Source: Dehalococcoidia bacterium (GTDB lineage: Bacteria; Chloroflexota; Dehalococcoidia; Lucifugimonadales; GCA-2712585). From it: a stretch of DNA of 64,000 bases. The notes below the pieces were generated by a model that ran no database searches, had not been told where the DNA came from, and saw only the letters and a program-made list of their open reading frames with translations. Made by a program: the position numbers and the translations under genes. Below are positions 18,175-27,830 of this stretch, piece by piece (position 1 is the stretch's first letter; the number at the start of each line of letters is the position of its first letter). The DNA is taken from positions 192,334 to 256,333 of the forward strand of contig CBDFHC010000005.1 of assembly GCA_965247585.1 (NCBI GenBank), read 5' to 3'.

Positions 18175-19272
18175 ATGACCGGCAACAACTCGGGCCAGAA
18201 CAGGTCAAGCTTCAGGATTGCCGTTATCCGAGGAGACGGGATAGGGGTGGACGTGATTGAGGAGGGGATAAAGGCGCTGCGGGCGCTGGGTAAGAGGTAC
18301 GAGCTGGCCTGGGAGTTCGAGGAGTTCCCGTGGGGCTCCGACTACTATTTCAGCCACGGGGAGATGATGCCGAAGGACGGGGTGGAGACGCTACGAGGAT
18401 TCGACGCCATTTACTTCGGGGCGGTGGGGCACCCGGAGATACAGGACCACATGACGCTGAACAATTTGCTGTTGCCTATACGCCGGGGGTTCGACCAGTA
18501 CGTGTGCCTCCGGCCGAGCAAGCTGCATAAGGGGATAGAGTCGCCGCTGCGAGGTAAGGGCGCAGGGGATATAGACATGGCGGTGATCCGGGAGAACACG
18601 GAGGGGGAATACGCGAACGTTGGGGGGTTCCACTACTCGGGGCTGCCGCAGGAGATGGCGGCGCAGACGGCGATTTTCACGCGTTTCGGTTGCGAGCGCG
18701 TGATGAGGTTCGCGTTCGAGCTGGCGCGAAGGCGGGGCGGGAGGAAGAAGGTGACGTCTATCACCAAGTCGAACGCGCTGGGGTACGGGATGGTGCTGTG
18801 GGACCGGGTGTTCCAGGAGGTGGCAGCAGGGTACCCGGACGTTGCCACGGACTCGTTGCTGATAGACGCGGCGTGCATGGACTTCATCCGCCGGCCGGAG
18901 GTGTTCGACGTGGTGGTGGCGAGCAATCTGTTTGGGGATATTCTGACGGATATAGCGGCGATCATTACAGGGAGCATGGGGATGGCGGCCAGTGGGAATA
19001 TTGACCCGGAGAAGAGGTACCCTTCGATGTTCGAGCCGGTACACGGCAGCGCGCCGGACATTGCGGGGAAGGGGGTGGCTAACCCGATGGCGGCGATACT
19101 TTCCGGGGCGATGATGGTGCGGCACCTGGGACATGAGGAAGCGGCGACGGCGCTGGAAGGGGCGGTGCTGGGGGTGCTAGGGGAGGGGAGGCAACTGACG
19201 CCAGACCTGGGCGGAAGCGCCAGGACGACGGAGGTAGGAGACGCGGTGGTGGAGGGGATTAGCAAACTTTGA
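18175..19272 (+). CDS. Tartrate / D-malate dehydrogenase-like enzyme (isocitrate-isopropylmalate dehydrogenase superfamily)
   Basis: 365-aa ORF with RIAVIRGDGIG and NLFGDILTD. The stop codon TGA (19270-19272) lies inside a repeat unit. Confidence 0.8.
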   Translation: MTGNNSGQNRSSFRIAVIRGDGIGVDVIEEGIKALRALGKRYELAWEFEEFPWGSDYYFSHGEMMPKDGVETLRGFDAIYFGAVGHPEIQDHMTLNNLLLPIRRGFDQYVCLRPSKLHKGIESPLRGKGAGDIDMAVIRENTEGEYANVGGFHYSGLPQEMAAQTAIFTRFGCERVMRFAFELARRRGGRKKVTSITKSNALGYGMVLWDRVFQEVAAGYPDVATDSLLIDAACMDFIRRPEVFDVVVASNLFGDILTDIAAIITGSMGMAASGNIDPEKRYPSMFEPVHGSAPDIAGKGVANPMAAILSGAMMVRHLGHEEAATALEGAVLGVLGEGRQLTPDLGGSARTTEVGDAVVEGISKL

Positions 19273-19713
19273 GGGACACCCTCAGGCTTCCGGCAGAGAG
19301 GGTATTCCCCCGCTGGACTCCCCGTTTTGCGGAGCCTTGACGCACCTTTGGCGCTATTTCCTGGGTGATCAGATTTGGCGCTGCGTGTAACTACTGCAAG
19401 GGATTGCGAATAGAAGGTTGGTGGCGCCCACCGTCCCGCCCAGGAAGGTTTAGATAGTAAGATTTGAGGGACACCCTCAGACTCCCGTCAAAGGGCTCTG
19501 CCCTTCTGCACTCCCCGTTTTGCGGAGCCTTGACGCACCTTTGGCGCTATTTCCTGGGTGATCAGATTTGGCGTTGCGTGTAACTACTGCAAGGGATTGC
19601 GGATAGAAGGTTGGTGGCGCCCACCGTCCCGCCCAGGAAGGTTTAGAGAGTAAGATTTGAGGGACACCCTCAGACTTCCGCCAGAGAGGGTATTCCCCCG
19701 CTGGACTCCCCCC
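19268..19713 (+). repeat. Tandem A units, about 194-bp period, about 2.3 copies, starting within the upstream stop codon
   Basis: TTTGAGGGACACCCTCAG occurs at 19268, 19463 and 19656. Boxes GGTTGGTGGCGCCCACCGTCCCGCC occur at about 19417 and 19609. Confidence 0.9.
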
Positions 19714-19724
19714 TATGAGGCGGG

Positions 19725-20114
19725 CTATTCGTCGTCCAGGTCAAGGATTTCGGGGTTGACGGCGGCGGCCCAGGCCTGGAGGCCGCGCCGGAAGGCGAGC
19801 ATACCCATGGGCAAGACGACGGTCTCCATGGCCTCGAGAACTTCCTGGGGGGTGGCGCCGGCGTTGATGGCGTTGCGAATGTGGGCCTCGATCTGGCCTA
19901 TCTCGGCGCGGAGGGCGGCTTCGACGACGACCTGGAGCAGCTCCTTGGTCTTGCGGTCCAGCAGCCGCTGCCCGGTGTAGGTGGCCTCGGCGAAGGGGTC
20001 GTAGGCCTTCACCCAGTCGAGGTCGTTGGAGACGAGGATCTTGTGCATGTCCAGCAGGTAGCCTCGGTCCTCCAGGATGTGGCGCAGGTAGGCCTGCTTC
20101 TCTTGACTGGTCAC
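19725..20114 (-). CDS. Carboxymuconolactone decarboxylase-like (AhpD-fold) protein
   Basis: The ORF track gives 281 aa, but the N-terminal part is translated repeat (LRLSKDEP, VILSPPVRIEES). I take the gene from GTG 20114 (GGAGG 7 nt upstream), giving 129 aa. Confidence 0.7.
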   Translation of the reverse strand: MTSQEKQAYLRHILEDRGYLLDMHKILVSNDLDWVKAYDPFAEATYTGQRLLDRKTKELLQVVVEAALRAEIGQIEAHIRNAINAGATPQEVLEAMETVVLPMGMLAFRRGLQAWAAAVNPEILDLDDE

Positions 20115-20263
20115 GGTGAGACCTCCGTTGGATAGGGTGTGTTGGCGCGGAGCCCATTCTACCAGCCGGGCAGGGGGTTGCGGGGAGGAGAGAGGTGGCA
20201 CTATAGTCCGGCGGTAACGGAGGGCGGTTGGATGATTGATGGTGCGTGGGAGGAGCCCCGGGC

Positions 20264-20685
20264 ACTGGAAATCTAAGGTTGGTGGTAGAAGTGGACGCGA
20301 GAGCAGGACACGCTCCACCCAGATTCCTCGATCTTCAAGGACGGACTCGGAATGTATCATGTTAGCGTCCAGCACCAGGGAGGATGAAAAACCAGGTTTG
20401 GAATCCGAAGCGGGCGCCGAGGCGGGACTTGCTCTCCCCCCGAACTCAGATTCTTCGATCCTCACGGGCGGACTCAGAATGACATAGTGGGGGGCGGAAT
20501 GCGGTTTGGGCTCGTCCTTCGAGAGCCTCAGGATGAGCGGATTGGAGGCGAAGATGGGGCCACAAATCACAGGCTGGTGGTTCCCACCATCCCTCCCAGA
20601 AAGGTTTTTAAAGTTTTTCTGAGGGACACCGGCAGACTCCCGGCAGCCACCACCCAGGTTCTCTGCACTCTCCTGTATGGTTGGA
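20264..20685 (+). repeat. Box fragment, B1 variant, F, B, A
   Basis: The B1 variant carries the compensated stem ATTCC (20323-20327) / GGAAT (20349-20353). F lies at 20361-20440, B at 20441-20545, and A at 20555-20685. Confidence 0.9.
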
Positions 20686-20718
20686 AGGGAAAGTAGCGCG
20701 CGTTTAGTGTGTAAAGCA

Positions 20719-21408
20719 ATGATTGAGTTGGAGCGGCTTCAGGAAGAAGTTGTAGGGTGCACGCTGTGCCCCCGGCTGGTGGAGCACTGCCGGTCGGTGG
20801 CGGTGAAGAAGCGGCGTATGTATATGGACTGGGAGTACTGGGGAAAGCCGCTGCCAGCGTTCGGGGACCCCGAGGCGAGGGTGCTGGTGTTGGGGCTGGC
20901 GCCGGCGGCGCACGGGGGGAACCGCACCGGGCGGATGTTTACCGGCGACCGTAGCGGGGACTGGGTTTATGGGACGCTGCACAAGTTTGGGTTCGCGTCG
21001 CAGGCGGAATCGACGCGCCGAGGGGACGGGCAAAAGCTGACGGACGCGTATATCACGGCGCCGCTGCGGTGCGCGCCGCCGCTGAACAAGCCGCTGCCGC
21101 AGGAGATGGCGAATTGCCAGCCGTACCTGTTGAGGGAGCTGGAACTGCTGGACAGGGTGAGGGTGGTGGTGGCGCTGGGGAGGATAGCGTTCGGGAGCTA
21201 CCTTTCGGCGCGGCGTGCCATGGGGCTGGAGGTTCCTTCGCCGGCGCCGGCGTTCGGGCACAACGTAGTACACGGGCTGAGCGGCGGCGTGAAGCTGGTG
21301 GCGTCTTACCACCCGAGCCAGCAGAATACGCAGACGGGCAGGCTAACGCGGGAGATGTTCGAGGGGGTGTTCGCGACGGTGCGTGAGATTCTGGAGGGGG
21401 AGAGTTAG
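20719..21408 (+). CDS. Uracil-DNA glycosylase superfamily protein (family 4/5, UdgB-like)
   Basis: CTLCPRL, GLAPAAHGGNRTGRMFTGD, SYHPSQQN. I chose ATG 20719 as the start; the start at 20677 is possible. Confidence 0.8.
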   Translation: MIELERLQEEVVGCTLCPRLVEHCRSVAVKKRRMYMDWEYWGKPLPAFGDPEARVLVLGLAPAAHGGNRTGRMFTGDRSGDWVYGTLHKFGFASQAESTRRGDGQKLTDAYITAPLRCAPPLNKPLPQEMANCQPYLLRELELLDRVRVVVALGRIAFGSYLSARRAMGLEVPSPAPAFGHNVVHGLSGGVKLVASYHPSQQNTQTGRLTREMFEGVFATVREILEGES

Positions 21409-21851
21409 CGCTTAAAGAGGTCTTTGGCCTTGGAGAAGAAGGACTTGGACTTGGACTTGGGGGCGCTCTTGGCCTGGTGCCAAGATGCCTCGGCGGAGGA
21501 AGCGCGATTGAGGTCCTTGACCCGTTGCTGAAGGACTTCGAAGACCTGGGCGTCCTCGCCGGGGTCTAGCCAATAACCGTGGCCCTGGTTACAGTAGTCG
21601 ATGGGGAGCTCGTGGGCGCGGTAGTTGAAGGTGGTCATCCCGGCATTACACTTAGGGCAGGCGATGTCGCTCTCGCGCTTGAAGTAGGTGAGGGTGCCCT
21701 TGAGGCGGTCCTGGTCCATGACCTTGTCTTCGAGCTCGTCTAGCTCATGGTGGTCCAGCCAGAGTCCATGGCAGTTTACGCAGCGGTCGACTTCGATGCC
21801 GTGGAGGTTAGTGACCTCAAGGGTGGCGTTTTCGCATCGAGGGCAGTTCAT
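21405..21851 (-). CDS. TFIIB-type zinc-ribbon domain protein
   Basis: CPRC..CVNC and CPKC..C..GH cysteine pairs, with a Lys-rich C-terminus. Start taken at ATG 21851. Confidence 0.7.
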   Translation of the reverse strand: MNCPRCENATLEVTNLHGIEVDRCVNCHGLWLDHHELDELEDKVMDQDRLKGTLTYFKRESDIACPKCNAGMTTFNYRAHELPIDYCNQGHGYWLDPGEDAQVFEVLQQRVKDLNRASSAEASWHQAKSAPKSKSKSFFSKAKDLFKR

Positions 21852-21974
21852 ATCAATTGTTACGATTCCTATTATGGTGAAAGGCTGCAATGGTTATCTT
21901 AGCATATCAGGAAATGGGTGCGGAATTTCTCCGGACTCACTGGTTGGGCATAGAGGTCGTGAGCAGTCATGTTC

Positions 21975-23118
21975 AGTGGAATCAGGGACGGTGATGGGTG
22001 TTGCCAGTGCAAAGGGCTGCGAATCACAGGTTGGTGGTTCGGACCATCCCGCCCAGGAAGGTTTTTAACGGTTTTTTCTGAGGGGTCACCCTCAGACTCC
22101 CGGCAGAGGGGCGCAGCCCCTCTACACTCCCCCCAGGTTCATGTACTTCAAGGTTGACTTTCCCGCTCTCCTTCGAGGGCCTCAGGATGGGCGGGAAAGG
22201 AAGGGCTGAGGGGTTATTTGCGGGAGGATCAGGCAAGGTGATGGGTGTTACCAGTGCAAAGGGCTGCGAATCACAGGTTGGTGGTTCCCACCATCCCGCC
22301 CAGGAAGGTGTTTAACGGTTTTTTCTGAGGGTCACCCTCAGACTCCCGGCAGAGGGGCGCAGCCCCTCTGCACTCCCCCTAGGTTGATGTACTTCAAGGT
22401 TGACTTTCCCGCTCTCCTTCGAGGGCCTAAGGATGAGCGGGTTGGATAGGCAGAGGGGCTATTCGCGGGAGGATCAGGCAAGGTGATGGGTGTTGCCGGG
22501 ACAAAGGGTTGCGAATCACAGGTTGGTGGTTCGGACCATCCCGCCCAGGAAGGTCTTTAACGGTTTTTTCTGAGGGGTCACCCTCAGACTCCCGGCAGAG
22601 GGGCGCAGCCCCTCTGCACTCCCCCTAGCTGGATGTACTTCAAGGTTGACTTTCCCGCTCTCCTTCAAGGGCCTCAGGATGGGCGGGTTCGATAGGCAGA
22701 GGGGCTATTTGCAGGAGGATCAGGCAAGGTGATGGGTGTTACCAGTGCAAAGGGCTGCGAATCACAGGTTGGTGGTTCCCACCATCCCGCCCAGGAAGGT
22801 TTTTAACGGTTTGTTCTGAGGGTCACCCTCAGACTCCCGGCAGAGGGGCTGCGCCCCTCTGCACTCCCCCCAGGTTGATGTACTTCAAGGTTGACTTTCC
22901 CGCTCTCCTTCGAGGGCCTAAGGATGAGCGGGTTGGATAGGCAGAGGGGCTATTCGCGGGAGGATCAGGCAAGGTGATGGGTGTTGCCGGAACAAAGGGT
23001 TGCGAATCACAGGTTGGTGGTTCCGACCATCCCGCCCAGGAAGGTTTTTAACGGTTTGTTCTGAGGGTCACCCTCAGACTCCCGGCAGAGGGGCTGCGCC
23101 CCTCTGCACTCCCCCTTG
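21975..23118 (+). repeat. Tandem array of [A + E] units, about 246-bp period, 4.6 copies, with a 491-bp higher-order (dimer) periodicity
   Basis: GGTGATGGGTGTT occurs at 21990, 22237, 22482, 22728 and 22973. Alternate units share diagnostic variants (see the finding on this array). Confidence 0.95.
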
Positions 23119-23160
23119 GTGGCTGAGGTGGTGGTGGACGAAACGCCAGGGGGTTGGGGG

Positions 23161-24201
23161 TTACCAGAAGGGGGTGGTGTCTTCCGAGGGGCTGTTGGTG
23201 AGGCGTTTCTGGTTGGAGCCGTCAGAGTCCATGGAGAAGATCTCGCCGCCCTCGTCGCCGCTCTCGGAGTAGGAGACGAAGGCGATGCGCTTGCCGTTGG
23301 GAGACCAGACGGGGTGGATATCGCGGCGATCGTTGCGGGTCAGGCGGAGCTGGTCGCTGCCGTCTGACTTCATGGTGTAGAGCTCTAGGTTACCGTGCTG
23401 ATTGGAGACATAGGCGATGCGCTTCCCATCAGGGGACCATGAGACGGGAAAGGCCCCATCCACCCGGGTGACCAACCCAGTCTCCTCATTGGACGACCGG
23501 TTCACCAGGTGAATCTCGCTACCTTCCTCACCATCTAGGTAGAAGGCGATGCCCTCACCCTTGGGTGACCAGACGGGACTTCGGGCCGGGGCTGTGGTAA
23601 GACGGATCAGATCTACACCGTCCGGATTCCGGACGTAGATTCCAGGCGACTCTCCATCAAACAGGGCGTAGGCCAGCCACTCACCGTCAGGGGACCAAGA
23701 GCCCAGGTCTTCCTGCTCTGTTGTTTTGGTGACGGAGATTATTTCATTTTCTTCGCCGTCCAGCTTCAAGACGAAGATATCGGGCTGGCCCTCCATATCT
23801 GAGGTGAAGGCGATGCGCTTTCCGTCCGGGGACCAGCGGTGCTGCCAAACGGTGCCACGGGTGGAAGGTTCGGTGATGACGTTGGTGCCATCGGCGTCGG
23901 CGATTTTAAGGACAGTGCGGTCCGACTCCTCCTGGAGAAAGGCGACCCTGCGGCGGTCCGGGGACCAGCGTGGCCGGGAATCCGCGGCCAGGTGGGAAGT
24001 GAAGCGGGCGGCGTTGGCGCCGTCGGCGTCCATGGTGTAGATCTCGGAGTTGCCGTTGCGGTCTGAGACGAAGATGATGCGCTTCTCGGAGCGTCCGCAG
24101 GCGGAGAGGACGGTCAGCGCCAGGCCCAGGATGAAGAGAGTGAAGAGGGCTTTGGCGGCAGCGGCGGGCCCGGGTGTTGTTTGCAGGGGTGAGGTTGGCA
24201 T
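23161..24201 (-). CDS. PD40 (TolB-like beta-propeller) repeat lipoprotein
   Basis: Signal peptide with lipobox LSAC-G, followed by repeated WSPDG.xIAF blades. Confidence 0.85.
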   Translation of the reverse strand: MPTSPLQTTPGPAAAAKALFTLFILGLALTVLSACGRSEKRIIFVSDRNGNSEIYTMDADGANAARFTSHLAADSRPRWSPDRRRVAFLQEESDRTVLKIADADGTNVITEPSTRGTVWQHRWSPDGKRIAFTSDMEGQPDIFVLKLDGEENEIISVTKTTEQEDLGSWSPDGEWLAYALFDGESPGIYVRNPDGVDLIRLTTAPARSPVWSPKGEGIAFYLDGEEGSEIHLVNRSSNEETGLVTRVDGAFPVSWSPDGKRIAYVSNQHGNLELYTMKSDGSDQLRLTRNDRRDIHPVWSPNGKRIAFVSYSESGDEGGEIFSMDSDGSNQKRLTNSPSEDTTPFW

Positions 24202-24273
24202 ATCTGCCAGTTATGTTACCCCGATTTTATGGTAATTAAGAACGGGATTGGGTGCGGTTTACGAGGAAAATTA

Positions 24274-24732
24274 GGGGAGCGAATCACTCACGCCCGCTTC
24301 CAGAGAGGTAGTGCCCTGTCTGGAGTCTTCCTGGTGAGTGTCCTTCAAGGGAGGAGGTTTCGATCGGCGGAGCGATCAGGGATGGTGTTGGGTATAGCCG
24401 GTGCAAAGGACAGCAAATCACAGGTTGGTGCTTCCCACCATCCCGCCCCGGAAGGTTTTTAAGGTTTATTTCTGAGGGACACCCTCAGACTCCCGCAAGA
24501 GGGGGGAAGCCCCCTCTTGACTCCCCCTTGATGGGGGTCAGTCAAGGAAAGATGGTTCTCTAGTCCGGGTATTTAGCCATGACGACGGGTGCGGTTCCTG
24601 CAGACGACAGCAAATCACAGGTTGGTGCTTCCCGCCATCCCGCCCCGGAAGGTTTTTAAGGTTTATTTCTGAGGGACACCCTCAGACTCCCGGCAGCGCC
24701 ACCACCCAGGTTTCCCGCACTCTCCTGTTTGG
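24274..24732 (+). repeat. Degenerate S plus two A units (197-bp period)
   Basis: CAGCAAATCACAGGTTGGTGCTTCCC occurs at 24411 and 24608. Hairpin 2 at 24496-24519 is CAAGAGGGGG/CCCCCTCTTG. Confidence 0.9.
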
Positions 24733-24750
24733 CTTCGCCGGGGAAGGGGG

Positions 24751-25269
24751 TTACTTGTTGATACCACGCTGGAGGCCGCGGAGGTAGCGGATGTGGCCGA
24801 TGTGCTGGCTGAGCTCGCAGAGGAGGTGGCCGAACATGCGGCCGATAGTGTAGTCGCGTTGACGGTCGATGTCCGTTTCGGGCTCGATATCGTAGTCGGC
24901 GGGCTGGAGGGTGCGGAGGTAGTCCAGGGTTACCTTTCGGACTGCGCGGTCAAACTGGCGGATTTCGGCCACGGGCGGGGTGACGAAGGCGGTGACCTGC
25001 TCGTTGGTGTAGCGGCCGCCGGTGTCTTCCGGGGGGATGTTCCACTTCTGGGCCCAGCCGTCACGAGAGAAGACCTGGGTCTGCTTCAGGGCGAAGCCGC
25101 TGACCCAGAAGTCCTCTGCGCGGGCCATGTGCCAAAGGGTGAAGCCGATGGGGTTGGCCTGGTCTGTGGGGCGCCAGTCCAGCTCGGCGTTGGTGAGGCC
25201 GTCCAAGGCGGTGTCCAGGTCGCGGTCGATTTCGGCCAGGGTATCTGCGGTGTACTGGTTGATGTCCAT
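24751..25269 (-). CDS. DinB family protein
   Basis: 172 aa with the DinB/DUF664-like His pattern (WHMARAED ... HIGHIRYL). Confidence 0.75.
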   Translation of the reverse strand: MDINQYTADTLAEIDRDLDTALDGLTNAELDWRPTDQANPIGFTLWHMARAEDFWVSGFALKQTQVFSRDGWAQKWNIPPEDTGGRYTNEQVTAFVTPPVAEIRQFDRAVRKVTLDYLRTLQPADYDIEPETDIDRQRDYTIGRMFGHLLCELSQHIGHIRYLRGLQRGINK

Positions 25270-25302
25270 TGAACACTCCTATAAAAGGCGAATTAGGCGG
25301 GT

Positions 25303-26307
25303 TTAGTGCTGGTAGAAGAGCTGTTGGATGGCGTCTCTATCCCTGGTAAGGGTGAGGGCCAGGATTAGAAGGACGCGGGCCTTGGGTGGCATCAGGTCAT
25401 CGGCGACGGCGAAGCCGAAGTCGGTCTTGCGCGGCGTGGCGATGACCCTGCCGACGTAGGAGCGAGTGGAGATGACGACGGAGATGCCGTCCTGGACGGC
25501 GGCAGCGGCGGCAGCCTCCAGCGGTGGAGTGAAGGTGCCGGAACCAAAGCCCGCCAGGACCAAACCATCCGACTTGTTGTTTCTCACGGCGTCGACCAGG
25601 AGGCCGTCCGCCCCGGCGTAGGCGTACACGATGTCAACGCGGGGCAGCGAGTCCAGGGCGTCGACGTTGAAGGAGGTGGCGGTGGTGTGTTTGCGCTCCG
25701 GGGACCGGTAGAAGACGACCTGGTGGTTGGAGTCGACGTAGCCGAGGGGTCCCCAATCTGGGGAGATGAAGGTCTCTGGGCGCAGGGCGTCGCTTTTGGT
25801 GACGTCACGGGCGGAGTGGATCTGCTGGTTGAGGACGGTGAGGACGCCACGCCCCCCGGCGGTGGGATCGGCGGCGAGCTGGATGGCGTTGTAGAGATTG
25901 AGGTCGGCGTCAGTGCCCATGGAGGAAGGTGGCCGCATGGCGCCGGTGACGACGACGGGATTGGGGAACTTGACGGTGAGGTGGAGGAAGTAGGCGGTCT
26001 CTTCCAGGGTGGCGGTGCCGTGGGTAACGACGATGCCATCGACATCGGGCTGGTCACGGAAGAGCTGGTTGATGCGGGCGGCGGCCTGGAGCCAGGTCTG
26101 GGGGCCGACGCTGCCGCTGCCGACGCTGACCAGGTTTTCGCTGCGGATGTTCGCGATGTCGGAGACCTCTGGGATGCGGGCGAGCGATTCTTCGATTTTA
26201 AGGCGGCCGCCAACCTCGGGGTACATGACGTAGTCGAGGCGGTGTGGGCCGAGTCCGGCAATGCTGCCGCCGGTGCCGAGTACTGCGACCGTAGGTTTCG
26301 ATGGCAT
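25303..26307 (-). CDS. L-asparaginase/glutaminase family protein
   Basis: VAVLGTGGSIAG and HGTATLEETAYF motifs. Confidence 0.85.
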   Translation of the reverse strand: MPSKPTVAVLGTGGSIAGLGPHRLDYVMYPEVGGRLKIEESLARIPEVSDIANIRSENLVSVGSGSVGPQTWLQAAARINQLFRDQPDVDGIVVTHGTATLEETAYFLHLTVKFPNPVVVTGAMRPPSSMGTDADLNLYNAIQLAADPTAGGRGVLTVLNQQIHSARDVTKSDALRPETFISPDWGPLGYVDSNHQVVFYRSPERKHTTATSFNVDALDSLPRVDIVYAYAGADGLLVDAVRNNKSDGLVLAGFGSGTFTPPLEAAAAAAVQDGISVVISTRSYVGRVIATPRKTDFGFAVADDLMPPKARVLLILALTLTRDRDAIQQLFYQH

Positions 26308-26372
26308 AACTTCGCCCCCAGAGAGGTAGCCGCTATTCTACTGGAGGCGGCGCGGGCGCTCAAGGCGTGGCC

Positions 26373-26401
26373 TTGACGCTCTGAAAGGGCAGCTAGATAA
26401 T
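26373..26401 (+). promoter_or_regulatory. Candidate sigma-70-type promoter for the FAH-family gene
   Basis: TTGACG (26373-26378), 17 nt spacer, GATAAT (26396-26401), 66 nt upstream of the ATG at 26468. Confidence 0.45.
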
Positions 26402-26467
26402 GCAGGCGCGCCGACCCTTGGCCGGACTGACCGCCGGATCAAAGGGCGGGGGCGAGGTTATTCGAAA

Positions 26468-27250
26468 ATGAGATTTTGCAGGTTTGTAGCGGCGGACCGG
26501 GAGAGCTACGGGATTGTGGACGGGCAGGAGGTGGTGGAGATCCGGGGGACGCCGTTTGAGCGGTATGACGTGACGTCTGTGCGGAGGCCGTTGGACCGGG
26601 TGAAGCTGCTAACGCCGTTTGTTCCGAAGACGTTTTACGCGGCGGGGCTGAATTACCTGGCGCACATTAAGGAGACGGCGGAGTCCAGGGGTGAGGAGGT
26701 GAATTTGCCGGAGAAGCCGGACATAGGGTACAGGGCGAACAACGCGCTGATAGCACAGGATGAGCCGATTGTGATTCCGGCGGACGCCACGGAGGAGGTG
26801 CAGTACGAAGGGGAGCTAGTGGTGGTGATAGGGAAGAAGGCGAAGCACCTTTCGGAGGAGGAGGCGTTGGGCTGCGTGCTGGGTTCCACGATTGGAAACG
26901 ACGTGAGCGAGCGGTCCTGGCAGCGGAGCGACCGGACGATGTGGAGGTCCAAGAATACGGACACGTTCAAGCCGATGGGGCCGTGGATTGAGACGGAGGT
27001 GAGGCTGGGGCGGATGCAGACGACGATCAGGCTGAACGGAGAAGAGGTGTACCAGTTTCCGACGAACGACATGCTGTTTGGGGTGGAGAAGTACATAAGC
27101 ACGATGACGCGAAACCTGACGCTGTACCCCGGGGACGCGATCTGGATGGGCACGGATGGCCCGACGCTGAATATGAAGGACGGGGATGTGGTGGAGGTGG
27201 AGATACGAGGCATCGGGACGCTGAGGAACCCGGTGGTGCGGGAGAAGTAG
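26468..27250 (+). CDS. Fumarylacetoacetate hydrolase (FAH) family protein
   Basis: 260 aa with YEGELVVVIGKK and the overall FAH C-terminal domain pattern. Confidence 0.85.
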   Translation: MRFCRFVAADRESYGIVDGQEVVEIRGTPFERYDVTSVRRPLDRVKLLTPFVPKTFYAAGLNYLAHIKETAESRGEEVNLPEKPDIGYRANNALIAQDEPIVIPADATEEVQYEGELVVVIGKKAKHLSEEEALGCVLGSTIGNDVSERSWQRSDRTMWRSKNTDTFKPMGPWIETEVRLGRMQTTIRLNGEEVYQFPTNDMLFGVEKYISTMTRNLTLYPGDAIWMGTDGPTLNMKDGDVVEVEIRGIGTLRNPVVREK

Positions 27251-27296
27251 GGCGGGCCCGGGGCGGGGAAGGGACGGGGGCCTGCGGGGGATGGAG

Positions 27297-27830
27297 GGAG
27301 GCAGCCAAGGGGATGGGTGTGGACCCCGCAGAGGACTGCGAATCACAGGTTGGTAGTACCCACCGTCCCGCCCAGTAGGGTTTTTAAAATGATTTCTGAG
27401 GGACACCCTCAGACTCCCGGCAGCCACCACCCAGCTTCCCTGCACTCTCCTGTGTGGTTGGTATTGATTGGGCGCAGGAGACGCCCTTTAAAAGGTCGGG
27501 TTGGGTGTATTTCGGGGGGACCCAGGGTAAGGCCGCGACGGCGGCGATAGGTTGAGTAGGTCCATTGCCAAGGCGTCTCAGGATGAAAGGGGAATCAGGG
27601 GGGCGAAGGTGTATTTTTGAGGGAGGCAGCGATGGCGATGGGTGTGGACCCTGTAGAGGACTGCGAATCACAGGCTGGTCGTTCCCACCGTCCCGCCCCG
27701 GAAGGTTTAATAAACGAATTTCTGAGGGACACCCTCAGACTCCCGGCAGCCAGGGGCCATCCCCCTCTGGACTCCCCCTTGGTAGGCACAGGTTGAGTAG
27801 GAACGGTGCTATTTTCATAGGAATGACATT
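27297..27830 (+). repeat. A, spacer, A, C
   Basis: A at 27297-27455 (subtype 2), A at 27625-27778, C at 27779-27830. The block is bracketed by a duplicated 50-nt segment (27507-27555 and 27897-27946). Confidence 0.9.

Noticed and set aside
21990-22068. The A unit could encode a small peptide. Several copies read (M)..G.A.AKGCESQVGGSHHPAQEGF and then a conserved TAA inside GGTTTTTAA.
   Set aside because: Other copies have in-frame stops at conserved positions (AATCATAGGTTGG gives TAG at 4995-5005 and about 58905; TGA at about 1695) or lose the terminal TAA (2540). Substitutions show no synonymous bias, and there is no SD. Conservation is at the nucleotide and structure level.
21975-23118. The tandem arrays (also 7692-8320, 19268-19713, 41329-41907, 53800-54320) could be CRISPR arrays.
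   Set aside because: The units are 190-270 bp and contiguous with no unique spacers. There are no cas genes. The units are the same element found singly elsewhere.
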